Made by a program: the position numbers and the translations under genes. A DNA stretch of 64,000 bases from Promethearchaeota archaeon. Its GTDB lineage: Archaea; Asgardarchaeota; Lokiarchaeia; Sigyniarchaeales; SOKP01. Location of the stretch: positions 1 through 64,000 of the forward strand of contig JAGXNO010000014.1 in NCBI GenBank assembly GCA_019894975.1. Reading direction: 5' to 3'. Positions 47,179 through 57,814 of this stretch are shown piece after piece; the first letter of the stretch is position 1; each line of letters begins with the position of its first letter. The notes below the pieces were generated by a model. That model searched no databases. It was given only the letters and a program-made list of their open reading frames with translations, and had not been told where the DNA came from.

Positions 47179-49908
47179 ATGTTTAATCTAAAGGAATTTC
47201 AAAACGATTCGGTTCTTGAACCATTAGTTGATAAGCTTAACAAAATTTTAAGCAAAAATAAAACTCAAAAAGTAATCAAAGTAATAGAAGAGCTAGAGAT
47301 TTTATTAAATCAACCTGAAAATGTTGTTGCTACAACCTATATTTTAAGTATACTAGTTGAACATGATTCGAAACTTATAACTGAGGGAATTATACAAAAA
47401 ACAGAAACTCTCCTCAATTCCGATAATCCGAAATTAAGAGTAAATTCAATATTGATTATTGGATTTAAACTTTTGACATCTCCAGATCTTGTTAATACTT
47501 ATTTTAAAGTATTAGCAAAATATTTGATAGATAATTCGGTTGATGTAAGGGATAATGTTCATTTCTTTTTACATGAATTAGTAAAAGTAAATCCAAATCT
47601 CGTTGAGGATATTAAAGATTCAATAATAAATAGTCTTTCTATAGAAAAAAATAAAGAAAACCAATTATCATTATTTAATTTACTAAGTTTCTGCAAAGAA
47701 TTGGACTTTAACCAATCATTTGAACTAAGAGAAATTTCAAAATCATTAATTTCATCATATTCTGATGATACGAACTCAGAAATTACCCCTCTATTATTTA
47801 AGATCATTACTCAATTTTTCCCTAAAATGAAAGAGATTAAAATTGAGATTCTGAGTATTGACGAACTTTTGGAATTGTTAGATAGCCAGTTTCTTATGAA
47901 AAGGCATAATTTTACGCAAATACTAAAGAAATCGAATATAACACTAAAGGATTATTTAAAAGAAATCGAAAAATCAGATCTAAATGATAAAAAAATTCTT
48001 TTTTACACAAGGAATAAAAAAAATTCAATATTTGTCTATGAATTGGAAAAAATTAAACTCATTAATTTTTTTAAAGAAGGATTGAAATTATCTACAAAGG
48101 AATTTCAAGATACCTTTTCTCAAATAATACAAAATGATTCAGAATTAAAGCTTTTTATCAATACGTTAATCAACTTAAAAATAATTAATGGATATTATTC
48201 AGATTTAGGGATTTTCTATTCATATGATCATTTTAAATCAGAAATGGCAAATAATCTAATCCAAAATGGCATTATTAATATAAGGAAATATAATTACCTT
48301 CCTCCTGAATTTATAGGAAATATAATAAAGGATATCAAGAAATCCCAAAAGGATAAATTACTATCAGGAAAAGAGGAAAAATCATATTATTCACTAAAAA
48401 AAATAAAAGAACAAATTAATGTAGAAGCAGCAAAAAACAGTGTAATTGATCTAAAATCATATAGAGAAAGATTGAGGGATAAGGATTTCATTGACTTAAT
48501 AAAAAATTTACCTAAGGAATATTTAACTAATTATCGTAAAGGAACTCAATGGTTAACTAACTTAGGTACTCTTAAAATATCAAATGAAATCCAAAGCTCG
48601 AAGATATTTGGATTTTTTGATATAAACAAGAATTCCAAAAAAATCAGTATTAGTCAGATTTTGCTAATAGATGTATTTGATCACCTTGTTGATGCTAGAA
48701 GTGGTATTTGGGATAAAAGAAGAGAAGTTTTCTACTACTCAAAATATTTAACAGAAAAAATTGAAACCATTAGATTGATATCCGATGAAGGAGAGAAAGC
48801 TAATCAAATAAAATTATTAGCAAATGAGTTGGGTATTGATGAAAACTTGATATTAACTAAAATTGATGAAAATTTAGAATTTATAGCTAAGGAAATAACA
48901 AAAAAAGAACAGATAAATGTTCGCGAGTATCTCGAGAAAACTGGAATGGATTTGGATTCATTCATGAAATTTATTGATGAAATTGGGATTACTTTCTTTA
49001 AAAAAGATGATTTATTCATTTTTGATCCAGCAAAAATCGAGGAGGCAAAGAATGATATTAAATATATGCTGCTGGATAAATCAAAATCGGAAGACTCTAT
49101 TATCCTTGGAAATTTAAATATCAAATCTGATTTAGTTAAAGAATTAATAAAAGATTTACTTAAGGATGGTAAATTGAAAGGACTATTTCATGAAGATGAA
49201 GGAGAAATACAATTTTTTACAGAAAGGGGAATTCGAAATATTATGTTAGAAAATAGTTTTATATTTTCATTCAATGACCTATTTTATGGAAAGGATTTAA
49301 ACCAAGAAGAAATTGATTTAATGAGATTGGTTTTTAATGATTTAGTAAAAAGTGGAAAACTGAAAGGCACATTTGATGAGGAAACTTTGACTTTTTCAAG
49401 TGACGAGGTAATATTTGCCAACGATTACAATACAGTTCTATTCGAATTTGAGAAAAATGTAAATAATTACATTTTTATATTTGAGTCTGAATTTGAAAGG
49501 ATTAAAAAAATACTTACAAAAAAAGAAGAGACTATATTTCCTCAAGAAATAAAACTTATACAAGAGATTATTGACAAAATAAATGAAAAATATGTAAAAT
49601 GGCGAAGTGGTTTAGACGCTTTTATTCGTAGATTTAATAAGAAATTTTTGAGAGATCAAGGTGTTAGCACAAAAGGATACAGAGAAATGTTCTCAACTGG
49701 TGAGAAAAAAGAAGTAAAGTCTTTTGAGGAAGATCAAGAAGTACATGAACATATGAAAAACTTTGAGGCTTGGGTAAAATTATTTAATCGAATTGAAGTA
49801 AAGTTTCCAAATATAATCTTTTACCAAAAACGATTGATAAACAATCAACAGGATAAAGATACAAGATTCAAACTTATGGAATTATCAAGTGAATTGAATT
49901 TGATTTAG
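47179..49908 (+). CDS. HEAT-repeat plus tandem winged-helix/PCI-like protein
   Basis: N-terminal HEAT-like repeats (LLNSDNPKLRVNS, LIDNSVDVRDN). Repeated LxxxGKLKGxF(D) WH/PCI-type motifs. Confidence 0.65.
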   Translation: MFNLKEFQNDSVLEPLVDKLNKILSKNKTQKVIKVIEELEILLNQPENVVATTYILSILVEHDSKLITEGIIQKTETLLNSDNPKLRVNSILIIGFKLLTSPDLVNTYFKVLAKYLIDNSVDVRDNVHFFLHELVKVNPNLVEDIKDSIINSLSIEKNKENQLSLFNLLSFCKELDFNQSFELREISKSLISSYSDDTNSEITPLLFKIITQFFPKMKEIKIEILSIDELLELLDSQFLMKRHNFTQILKKSNITLKDYLKEIEKSDLNDKKILFYTRNKKNSIFVYELEKIKLINFFKEGLKLSTKEFQDTFSQIIQNDSELKLFINTLINLKIINGYYSDLGIFYSYDHFKSEMANNLIQNGIINIRKYNYLPPEFIGNIIKDIKKSQKDKLLSGKEEKSYYSLKKIKEQINVEAAKNSVIDLKSYRERLRDKDFIDLIKNLPKEYLTNYRKGTQWLTNLGTLKISNEIQSSKIFGFFDINKNSKKISISQILLIDVFDHLVDARSGIWDKRREVFYYSKYLTEKIETIRLISDEGEKANQIKLLANELGIDENLILTKIDENLEFIAKEITKKEQINVREYLEKTGMDLDSFMKFIDEIGITFFKKDDLFIFDPAKIEEAKNDIKYMLLDKSKSEDSIILGNLNIKSDLVKELIKDLLKDGKLKGLFHEDEGEIQFFTERGIRNIMLENSFIFSFNDLFYGKDLNQEEIDLMRLVFNDLVKSGKLKGTFDEETLTFSSDEVIFANDYNTVLFEFEKNVNNYIFIFESEFERIKKILTKKEETIFPQEIKLIQEIIDKINEKYVKWRSGLDAFIRRFNKKFLRDQGVSTKGYREMFSTGEKKEVKSFEEDQEVHEHMKNFEAWVKLFNRIEVKFPNIIFYQKRLINNQQDKDTRFKLMELSSELNLI

Positions 49909-49910
49909 AA

Positions 49911-50198
49911 CTAGCGTTTTTTACTTTTTTCTATCTGAGCAAGAAATGTATCAATATCGATTTTTTGGTCTGATAAAATTTTGTAAGTTTTAGGATTTGT
50001 AATTCCATTCAATGTTAGTATTCCTTCTTGTTCGAGGAATTTTAAGGCTCTCCATATAAAATTGATCTTAGAACGATCTGACGATTTTATGTTAGCACAT
50101 CTTCTAATTTTTTTAGTATTTACGAGGTTTACGTTATTATCAATTAATTTGTTTATCGCGTTAAGTGTGTCTTTCAAGTTATTCAAGAAAAAATCCAT
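49911..50198 (-). CDS. Small winged-helix-like protein
   Basis: VNTKKIRR...FIWRALKFLEQEGIL...PKTYKI. Confidence 0.65.
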   Translation of the reverse strand: MDFFLNNLKDTLNAINKLIDNNVNLVNTKKIRRCANIKSSDRSKINFIWRALKFLEQEGILTLNGITNPKTYKILSDQKIDIDTFLAQIEKSKKR

Positions 50199-50402
50199 TT
50201 TTACTAGAGCCCCTCTTAAAAGAAACTAATTAATTGTACTCTCCTTAAGTAAATTACTCATTTAAAAAGTAATTTTGATTTTTTAAGTATTATAAAATTA
50301 TGCAAACATCTTTTTAAACTTTGTTTATTCCAGAAAGTAATTGACCGAAAGCTTGATTTCATCAAAAATTTAAAAGAAAAGTTGATTAAGGCTGAAATAT
50401 CT

Positions 50403-52013
50403 TTAATGTCGGAATACTCTTTTCCCACAAAATATTAAAGCACAGTCTAATTCATCAGCTCGTTTGATTATTTCTTCATCCCTTATTGATCCACCAGGAT
50501 GAATAATTGCCTTAGCCCCTACTTCAACAGCTGCCTCCAAACCATCTGGAAATGGGAAAAAAGAGTCGGTTCCCATAACAGAATTCTTTAACTCTTCTTT
50601 ATGTCCAAATTCAATTGCTTTTTGGATAGCTAACTTAACTACATGCACTCGACTTTGTTGGCCTGCGCCAATACCAATAGAATAAATGCCATTATCATGG
50701 ATTTGGGCAAAACATGCAGAATTTGATTTTGCCCATTTTGAAACTTTATACGCAAAGATTAATGCTTCCTTTTCGATATTATCTACTTTTTTTTTACTTA
50801 CTACATTCCATTCTTTAATAACAGGTTTACTGTCATATTCCTGGATTAAAACTCCCCCCAGAGTAGACCGAATTTCTAAATTATTATATATTTCATCTCT
50901 CTTATCAAGGAAGTTATTAAATTCTAAAATCCTCATGTTTTTTTTCTGTTTCAAAATTTCTAGAGCTTCAAGTTCAAATGAAGGTGCCAATATAACATCT
51001 ACAAATATGTTTTCCTTATTTACAATAAAATCTGCAACGGAAGTGGTTAGTTCCTTGTTTACGCCCCATATTCCCCCAAAAGCAGACATTGGATCGCATT
51101 TGAATGCCATTTGAATACATCTTAGTTGGTCTTTCTTGTCAATGGCTAAACCATTGGGAGAAGTGTGTTTTAGAATTGCTGTTACGTGGTATTCCTTTTG
51201 AAAATCTAATAACATTTGAATGCAAGAATCGATATCAAGAAAATTATTGAATGAAATCTCCTTACCTCCTAATTGTTTGAAATTATGCAATCCCAATTTT
51301 GCGGATAGATCCCTATAATAAGCTGCAGATTGATCCCAATTTTCCCCATATCTGCAATCTTGAACTTTTTCATACGCTTTTATGATTGTATCAGGTAATA
51401 TTGCATCGGGATTGTAATATTTTTGGAGGTAATTTGCAATAGCTCCATTGTATTCTGCCATAATCGAAAATACTTTTTGGGCTAGGAAGAGCCGGGTTTT
51501 ATCAGTTATAGATCCTTCATTTGTTCTAAGCTCGTTAATGATTATATTATAGTATTCTGGACTCGGAACTACTATTACATCCGGAAAATTCTTAGCTGCT
51601 GAACGAATCATAGTAGGACCGCCAATATCTATCATCTCTAGAGCCTCTGCAAGTGTGATATCTGGTTTCTCAATAACCTTTTGAAATTGATATAAATTGC
51701 ATACAACCATGTCAATTGGTTTAATATTATATTTAATTGCTTCATCAATGTCTTTCTGTATACTTCTGCGATATAATAGTCCCCCTTCAATTCTTGGGTG
51801 TAATGTTTTAATTCTTCCGTCAAACATCTCAGGTGATTCAGTGAATTCAGAGATTTTTTTATAAGTAATTCCACTTTCCTTCAGGAGTGTTCCGGTTCCA
51901 CCCGTTGAAAGAATTTCAACATCAAATTCATTTTTTAGTACTTTAGCAAAATCTAAAACTCCCTTTTTATCGAAAACACTAATTATTACTCTCTCAATTT
52001 TTTTCATTGACAA
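50403..52013 (-). CDS. purH: AICAR transformylase / IMP cyclohydrolase
   Basis: ISVFDK, STGGT, GRIKTLHP, IDIGGPTMIRSAAKN, RYGEN, SFNN, FFPFPDG, RVFRH. Confidence 0.97.
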   Translation of the reverse strand: MSMKKIERVIISVFDKKGVLDFAKVLKNEFDVEILSTGGTGTLLKESGITYKKISEFTESPEMFDGRIKTLHPRIEGGLLYRRSIQKDIDEAIKYNIKPIDMVVCNLYQFQKVIEKPDITLAEALEMIDIGGPTMIRSAAKNFPDVIVVPSPEYYNIIINELRTNEGSITDKTRLFLAQKVFSIMAEYNGAIANYLQKYYNPDAILPDTIIKAYEKVQDCRYGENWDQSAAYYRDLSAKLGLHNFKQLGGKEISFNNFLDIDSCIQMLLDFQKEYHVTAILKHTSPNGLAIDKKDQLRCIQMAFKCDPMSAFGGIWGVNKELTTSVADFIVNKENIFVDVILAPSFELEALEILKQKKNMRILEFNNFLDKRDEIYNNLEIRSTLGGVLIQEYDSKPVIKEWNVVSKKKVDNIEKEALIFAYKVSKWAKSNSACFAQIHDNGIYSIGIGAGQQSRVHVVKLAIQKAIEFGHKEELKNSVMGTDSFFPFPDGLEAAVEVGAKAIIHPGGSIRDEEIIKRADELDCALIFCGKRVFRH

Positions 52014-52125
52014 TCATTCTGTCTGTTCTTATATGATTATAATGATAGTAACAAACTAAAGTTTGTTGTAGTTAAAAATTTGTTAATAGAGATTTAATAA
52101 TCTGAAAGAACAAATAAAAAATGAT

Positions 52126-53598
52126 CTAAAATTTTCCAATAAGATCATGAGGGGCTGTTTCACGTTGACCTACAACTGAAACGATTCCAAGGGATACTTC
52201 TTTCATTTTCTGAATAGATTCAGCACCTGCATAAATCATGCCATTTGCTAAACCTTCTTTCAAAGTTGCTAATACACCTAAAACATCTCCTACATAGGGC
52301 ACATAGTTAGATACTCCTTCAGTTAACATTTTTGATCCCTCCACATATCTATCTGAGATATATCCTGATGTCCTTGCTTCCTTAGATCCCATACCTCTAT
52401 AGACTTTTACTTTTCTTCCCATTATAGTATCAATAAAACCAGGAGATTCATCTGTACCTGCAAAAAAGTGACCAGACATCATTAAATCCGCACCAACGGC
52501 AAACGCCTTAGGTAAATCACCGGGATTCTTAAACCCGCCATCAGCAATAAGAGATATACTCGAGTTATAATCTTGGATAGCATCAGCTACTTGAGCTGTA
52601 GCAAAAAGAGTTGGTGCACCTACTCCTGTCTGTTGTGAAGTTGTACATATTGAACCGGAACCCATTCCCACTTTTAATCCAATAAATCTCTCTTCCACAA
52701 AATCAACTTTAGTCATTAAATATTCTGCTGCTTGATATGTACCTATGTTACCTAACACAAAATCAGATTCTAAAAATTTCATTAATTTTACTGTGCCATC
52801 AATATCATCTTTCTTATAAAAATCAGCTACATCGATAAAATAAATATCTACATATTTATCTATTTCTTTCAATAAATTTTGGGAATGTGAAGACTCTGGA
52901 AATCTAGGAGATAACCCTAAACCGCATAATAAGTGTCCATCTTCATCTTTAGATGCTAAAGGAAACTCTGGAGCTAAATCCTTTTTGGTGATTAGTCCCT
53001 TTAGAAATCCATTTTCATCTATAATTGGAAGCTTTTCCTTGCGTGAATTATATAATATTTGCAAAGCTTCTTCCCGAGATGCACCGGGTTTAATAGAAAT
53101 TACATCCTTAGTCATATAATCTTTAATAGTTCCATTTTTAATATCTTGTTCAAGAAAAGGAAGATCTCTTTTAGTAAATATCCCACATACCTTCTTTTCA
53201 TTATTGGTGACAACGATACCGCTAATATTATAATTATCCATCATAAATTTTGCTTTTGAGACTTTTCCATTTGGATTGATAGTTGCAACATCATCTATAA
53301 CAAATGATCTGGCTCTTTTAACAATTCGGACCATCTCTAGTTGCCTTTCAAAGGAGCAATTCCGGTGTAAAACACCAAGACCTCCATGTAATGCCATACT
53401 TATTGCCATATTTTCTTCCGTAACTGTATCCATCGCAGATGAAATTATAGGAAGATTAAAATGATACTTTCCTCCTAAACTGGAAGATAAATTAACATTA
53501 CTAGGAGAAAAATCTGTAAATCCAGGTAATATTAAAACATCATCAAATGTCGCAATAAGCTTATTTGAATGGACTTTTTTTCTATAATAATCTGACAT
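52126..53598 (-). CDS. guaB: IMP dehydrogenase
   Basis: TFDDVLILP, SSAMDTVTE, CBS pair, KVGMGSGSICTT, IADGG, YRGMGS. Confidence 0.96.
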   Translation of the reverse strand: MSDYYRKKVHSNKLIATFDDVLILPGFTDFSPSNVNLSSSLGGKYHFNLPIISSAMDTVTEENMAISMALHGGLGVLHRNCSFERQLEMVRIVKRARSFVIDDVATINPNGKVSKAKFMMDNYNISGIVVTNNEKKVCGIFTKRDLPFLEQDIKNGTIKDYMTKDVISIKPGASREEALQILYNSRKEKLPIIDENGFLKGLITKKDLAPEFPLASKDEDGHLLCGLGLSPRFPESSHSQNLLKEIDKYVDIYFIDVADFYKKDDIDGTVKLMKFLESDFVLGNIGTYQAAEYLMTKVDFVEERFIGLKVGMGSGSICTTSQQTGVGAPTLFATAQVADAIQDYNSSISLIADGGFKNPGDLPKAFAVGADLMMSGHFFAGTDESPGFIDTIMGRKVKVYRGMGSKEARTSGYISDRYVEGSKMLTEGVSNYVPYVGDVLGVLATLKEGLANGMIYAGAESIQKMKEVSLGIVSVVGQRETAPHDLIGKF

Positions 53599-53758
53599 TA
53601 GTAACCACCAATTCTGAAAGATTTTACGATTTAATAGAAGAACGCTTGAATTTTCGAATTAAAAAGTAAAAACTTTTGAATTTTATTATTAAAGAAAATT
53701 TAGTTTATAAAATTTTGTGTGTTTTGATTTTTACAGAAAAAAATGGGAAAAAAATGGG

Positions 53759-54580
53759 TTAATTAGGTATATCTTTTTTTACGAAAACAAGTAGGCTTGC
53801 AACTATTAATCCTGTATTTATATAACCTAAAATAATGATATCACGAAGATAAAGTGTAAAGTCAGAATGAACTAAATATTCAGAAGGATTAAAATAGTAG
53901 AATATTGATATGTATTTAATACCTTGAACTGATTCGTCCATGTATACATAGAATTCACCAAGGAAAAACATTAAAAATAAAATTATCACACCTAGTGCCA
54001 TTGATTTTCTCGTTGTAAGAAAAATTGTAGAAAATAACATTGCAATCATTGCGAGAGCACCTAAAAAAAGGATCACGCTGATATAAGTCAACCAGAGCCT
54101 GTCGAAAAATAACCCTTCTCCTTGGAATGTCGAGGAAAAGGCCATCCCTCCCATAGTTATAAGAAAAAAGATTCCCATTGTAGCTGCTATAAATATATAA
54201 AGAAATGAGATTTTACTTCCTAGGAAACTATATCGAGTGATAGGCTTAGAGAGTGTAAGATCAATTGTCTTCTCCTCGACTTCTCGAGATAGAAGCCCAC
54301 TCGCCATAAACACAATATATATTCCTGCGTACAGCCACATGAATGTTAGTATTTCTAAGCTCCAGAATCCATAGGGATTAGCAAAAATTTCGATATCACC
54401 AAAAAATTCCAAAAATCCTTCAGGAAAAGCATTAATAACGGATTCAATTGCTGCCAGATCTAAGCTTTCTAACATATTGATGATAAAGTAACTTAATAAT
54501 CCTATAATTCCACCCAAAATTAAGAGTATGTATTTTTTAGAAAGGATAGATTCTTTCAGGCTTGTTATATACTGTTTCAT
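53759..54580 (-). CDS. ABC-2 type transporter permease
   Basis: EVEEKTIDLTLSKPITR motif and six TM helices. Confidence 0.9.
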   Translation of the reverse strand: MKQYITSLKESILSKKYILLILGGIIGLLSYFIINMLESLDLAAIESVINAFPEGFLEFFGDIEIFANPYGFWSLEILTFMWLYAGIYIVFMASGLLSREVEEKTIDLTLSKPITRYSFLGSKISFLYIFIAATMGIFFLITMGGMAFSSTFQGEGLFFDRLWLTYISVILFLGALAMIAMLFSTIFLTTRKSMALGVIILFLMFFLGEFYVYMDESVQGIKYISIFYYFNPSEYLVHSDFTLYLRDIIILGYINTGLIVASLLVFVKKDIPN

Positions 54581-55536
54581 TTAGAATTCCACTCCTTTTT
54601 TTTTTTGATTTCAGTATTTTGAGATGAGGATACTTCATAATATTTTAAGAAAATATCTTCCAATGCAGGACTTGTAATATCAGTATCAACTATATCAGTT
54701 TCTGAAAGTAGATTAAGTACTTTTGATAATTCCTCTCGAGGTACTAAAAAAGATGCGTGAGTGTCATTGAAAATGACTTTTTCTAAGTTTTCGCATGGTA
54801 ATTGCTTTGAGAATTCCTCTAATCCTTGTGCCGATGTGAATTCAACTTTAATCTCTTTCATAGCCATACTTTTTAGTTGTTGAATTGTCGCTACCTCAAC
54901 GACAGTACCCTCTCGGATGATCCCTACCCGATGAGCAACTCTTTCTACTTCATTTAATAGATGAGAACTCAATAAAACTGTAGATCCAGTTTCTTCTTGT
55001 TGCTTATGGAGAATATTATAAAATTCTGCAGTAATAAGTGGATCTAAACCAGAAGTAGGTTCATCAAGTATAAGAAGTTCTACCTCAGGAGCAAGTGCAA
55101 GAATTATTCCAATTTTTTGTTTATTTCCTTTACTAAGCTCTTTTACCTTCCTATCAAGTTCTAATCCGAAAACTGCTGCTAATTCATCTATACGTCTTTC
55201 TGGAATATCATTTTGATATAATCCAAGGAGATACTCAATATTTCGTCGAGCTGTTTTTTCTTGAAACAAACCTAATTCCCCTGGTAAATAAACTGTACGC
55301 TGACGGATTGCCACAGAATCGAGTTGAGTATCAAGGTTAAAAATTCTTGCTTCTCCAGAAGTTCTCCGAATAAGATCTAATAAGATTCGAATAGTTGTAG
55401 TTTTTCCCGCACCGTTAGGTCCAAGTAATCCAAAAATTTCACCTTTAAAAATATCTAAGCTTAAATTTTCGATTCCTCTACTTTTTCCATAAAACTTTGT
55501 CAATTCTTTTGTTTGAATTATAATATCTTTAGACAT
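54577..55536 (-). CDS. ABC transporter ATP-binding protein
   Basis: GPNGAGKTT, LSKGNKQK, ILDEPTSGLD, SSH. Confidence 0.95.
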   Translation of the reverse strand: MSKDIIIQTKELTKFYGKSRGIENLSLDIFKGEIFGLLGPNGAGKTTTIRILLDLIRRTSGEARIFNLDTQLDSVAIRQRTVYLPGELGLFQEKTARRNIEYLLGLYQNDIPERRIDELAAVFGLELDRKVKELSKGNKQKIGIILALAPEVELLILDEPTSGLDPLITAEFYNILHKQQEETGSTVLLSSHLLNEVERVAHRVGIIREGTVVEVATIQQLKSMAMKEIKVEFTSAQGLEEFSKQLPCENLEKVIFNDTHASFLVPREELSKVLNLLSETDIVDTDITSPALEDIFLKYYEVSSSQNTEIKKKKEWNSK

Positions 55537-55607
55537 TTTATTTGCTTTTTAGATTTTTATTTAATTATCTTTCTTTTTTTCGATTTTTATATTTATCCAT
55601 TATAAAT

Positions 55608-55623
55608 TAGGTTATTTAACCTA
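55608..55623. promoter_or_regulatory. Inverted repeat TAGGTTA-N2-TAACCTA, putative operator
   Basis: Perfect IR between the divergent ABC operon and the two wHTH regulators. Confidence 0.5.
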
Positions 55624-55695
55624 TTTAAATGTTTTCACAAGATTTGAAGAAAGGAAAAATATTTAAACAAGTTAGTCTATATATTAATTGAAGAA

Positions 55696-56238
55696 ATGAC
55701 AGAAGATACGGGCAATAAAGAGGATTCTGAAAACCATTATCATCTTTTTAGTGAAAGACTAAGAAAATATGAAAATAAACTAGTAGAATTTTTTGTCGAC
55801 ATTGGAACACGGAAAAGAGTAAATCCCAAAATGCTTAAAATTTCCTCTTATTTATTAATACATGGAAGTTTGACTCAATCAGAATTAAAAGAGTTAACAG
55901 GACTTTCAATGGGTACAATATCAACATTCCTATCAGTTATGATAGGTATGGGTCGGTTTCAGAAAGAAAGAATTCCTAAAACTCATACATTTGAATACTC
56001 CTATTCTGGCAATCTTGAAGAAATGACAATTAGGGGAATAGATGTGATGGTCAGCAGTCTTACTTCCATGGGTGTTTATTTAAATGCTAAAAAGAAACAA
56101 TTAAAGGATTTAGCGGTACAAAATAAAAAAGGAGCTGAACATCTTTCTCAAAGGATTGACGAATTACTAGATATCTTTGAGTTTTATAAAGAGGTATTCC
56201 CTAACTTATATAAAGAAGCATTACCAAAAAAGACATGA
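55696..56238 (+). CDS. GbsR/MarR-like winged-helix regulator
   Basis: LLIHGSLTQSELKELTGLSMGTISTFL. Confidence 0.85.
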   Translation: MTEDTGNKEDSENHYHLFSERLRKYENKLVEFFVDIGTRKRVNPKMLKISSYLLIHGSLTQSELKELTGLSMGTISTFLSVMIGMGRFQKERIPKTHTFEYSYSGNLEEMTIRGIDVMVSSLTSMGVYLNAKKKQLKDLAVQNKKGAEHLSQRIDELLDIFEFYKEVFPNLYKEALPKKT

Positions 56239-56259
56239 TATTAAAGAGGTAGAAATCTG

Positions 56260-56766
56260 GTGAGTGAAATTGAGTTTGATCCTGAAGTATTCTTAATTGA
56301 GGAAGAGATTTTTAATCTGTTAGCTTCAACACCTATGTTTGTTGGTCGGGATCCGATGTTTATAAAAATTTTAGGATTGTTTATGACCAGGAAATATCTA
56401 ACACAAAAAACACTACAGAGAATAACAGGATTATCTGCAGGTAAAATTTCTGAGGAAGTAAATGAAATGCTGCAGATGGGACTCATAGAAAAAGCGGATA
56501 TCTCAAAGAAAGGAAAGATAATTTATTCTGCGAATTCTGCCGGTTTGATGCTGCTAAAATTTAGTAAAAGTATTGTAAATAGGATGGTTAAATGGGAGAA
56601 AGAAATAAAAGAAATGAAGTTAGAACTAGAAACCAACAAAGAGCTATTGGAGAATGAAAATGGTTATACCCGAATTTTAGAGTTATACAGTTATTTCTTA
56701 GATGCTGTTAAAAAGTATAGGAAATCTTTTGAAGCGATTGATGATGAAATAAAGGCCTCAAATTAA
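56260..56766 (+). CDS. GbsR/MarR-like winged-helix regulator
   Basis: LTQKTLQRITGLSAGKISEEVNEMLQMGLIE. Confidence 0.85.
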   Translation: MSEIEFDPEVFLIEEEIFNLLASTPMFVGRDPMFIKILGLFMTRKYLTQKTLQRITGLSAGKISEEVNEMLQMGLIEKADISKKGKIIYSANSAGLMLLKFSKSIVNRMVKWEKEIKEMKLELETNKELLENENGYTRILELYSYFLDAVKKYRKSFEAIDDEIKASN

Positions 56767-56776
56767 TTTTAGTTAA

Positions 56777-57685
56777 TTACATTTGAGTTAAGTTTTTTCT
56801 AGGCAATTTTTTGATTCTTGGGTCATTTAAGTAAGAATCTAATGTTTTTACAAACATTTCTCTATCTACTTTTATATTTGTTGAATCAATAGAACAATAA
56901 TTACTTACATGGTCATTGAACACTTGAGAAGTGACATTCTCACCTAAATTTGCAATTATATCTCTTTCTTCTTTTAGGTTTTCGAAAGGGCTTAATAATG
57001 TAAATTCTCCTGATTGTAAATCCTCCCAAAGAGGTGTAGAAGGGGAGATATTTAATGTGCGGAACCTAAATATGGTTGGGTTTATTTCCGTTAATACTCT
57101 AGCCGTCTCTTTTACATGTTCTTCAGAATATTTATATCCCCCTAAACCAAGTATGATATAGAGTGAGAGTTTAATGCCAGCATTTAAAAGTCTTTTTCCT
57201 GCTTTTATAAAGGAAGCTGCTGTCGTCCCTTTTTTCATTAATCTTAATACGGTATTTGAACCGCTTTCTAATCCCATATATACTATATCTAATCCCGCTT
57301 CAGCTAATTTATCTAATTCTTCATCTGATTTTCTTAATATATCCAATGCTTTGGCATAACAGCTGACTCTTTGAACATTCCTAAGTGCAATTCTCACATA
57401 CTTAATAATCTCAACCAAATAATCTGTTGGTGCTGAAGTGGGATTCCCCCCAGCTAGAAATACAGGAAATCCATGATAATTATATTTAGCTGCTTGATCA
57501 ATATCGTCTTTTACGTCTTCTATTGGACGTAGAGCATAATCTTGAGTAGTTCCATACATACCTTTGTAAGTTCCACAAAATTTGCATTTGTTCCATGAAC
57601 ATCCTCCTGTAACAGCGATTAATACAGAATAGGCTTCTACGGGAGGTCTTATAACAATATGCTCAGGCGGGAATTTGACGGTCAT
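56777..57685 (-). CDS. Radical SAM protein
   Basis: IRPPVEA..., GCSWNKCKFC (CX4CX2C variant), YMGLESG. Confidence 0.92.
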   Translation of the reverse strand: MTVKFPPEHIVIRPPVEAYSVLIAVTGGCSWNKCKFCGTYKGMYGTTQDYALRPIEDVKDDIDQAAKYNYHGFPVFLAGGNPTSAPTDYLVEIIKYVRIALRNVQRVSCYAKALDILRKSDEELDKLAEAGLDIVYMGLESGSNTVLRLMKKGTTAASFIKAGKRLLNAGIKLSLYIILGLGGYKYSEEHVKETARVLTEINPTIFRFRTLNISPSTPLWEDLQSGEFTLLSPFENLKEERDIIANLGENVTSQVFNDHVSNYCSIDSTNIKVDREMFVKTLDSYLNDPRIKKLPRKNLTQM

Positions 57686-57814
57686 TTTCTGTGAACAAAA
57701 GTATTAGTTTATAATTGATTGTGTAATGATTAATTTAATTAAAATCAGATAAATTTTTAGATATTATTATTATATTTTACAATTATTTGAAAAAATTTAT
57801 TTAAGGTTATTAGC

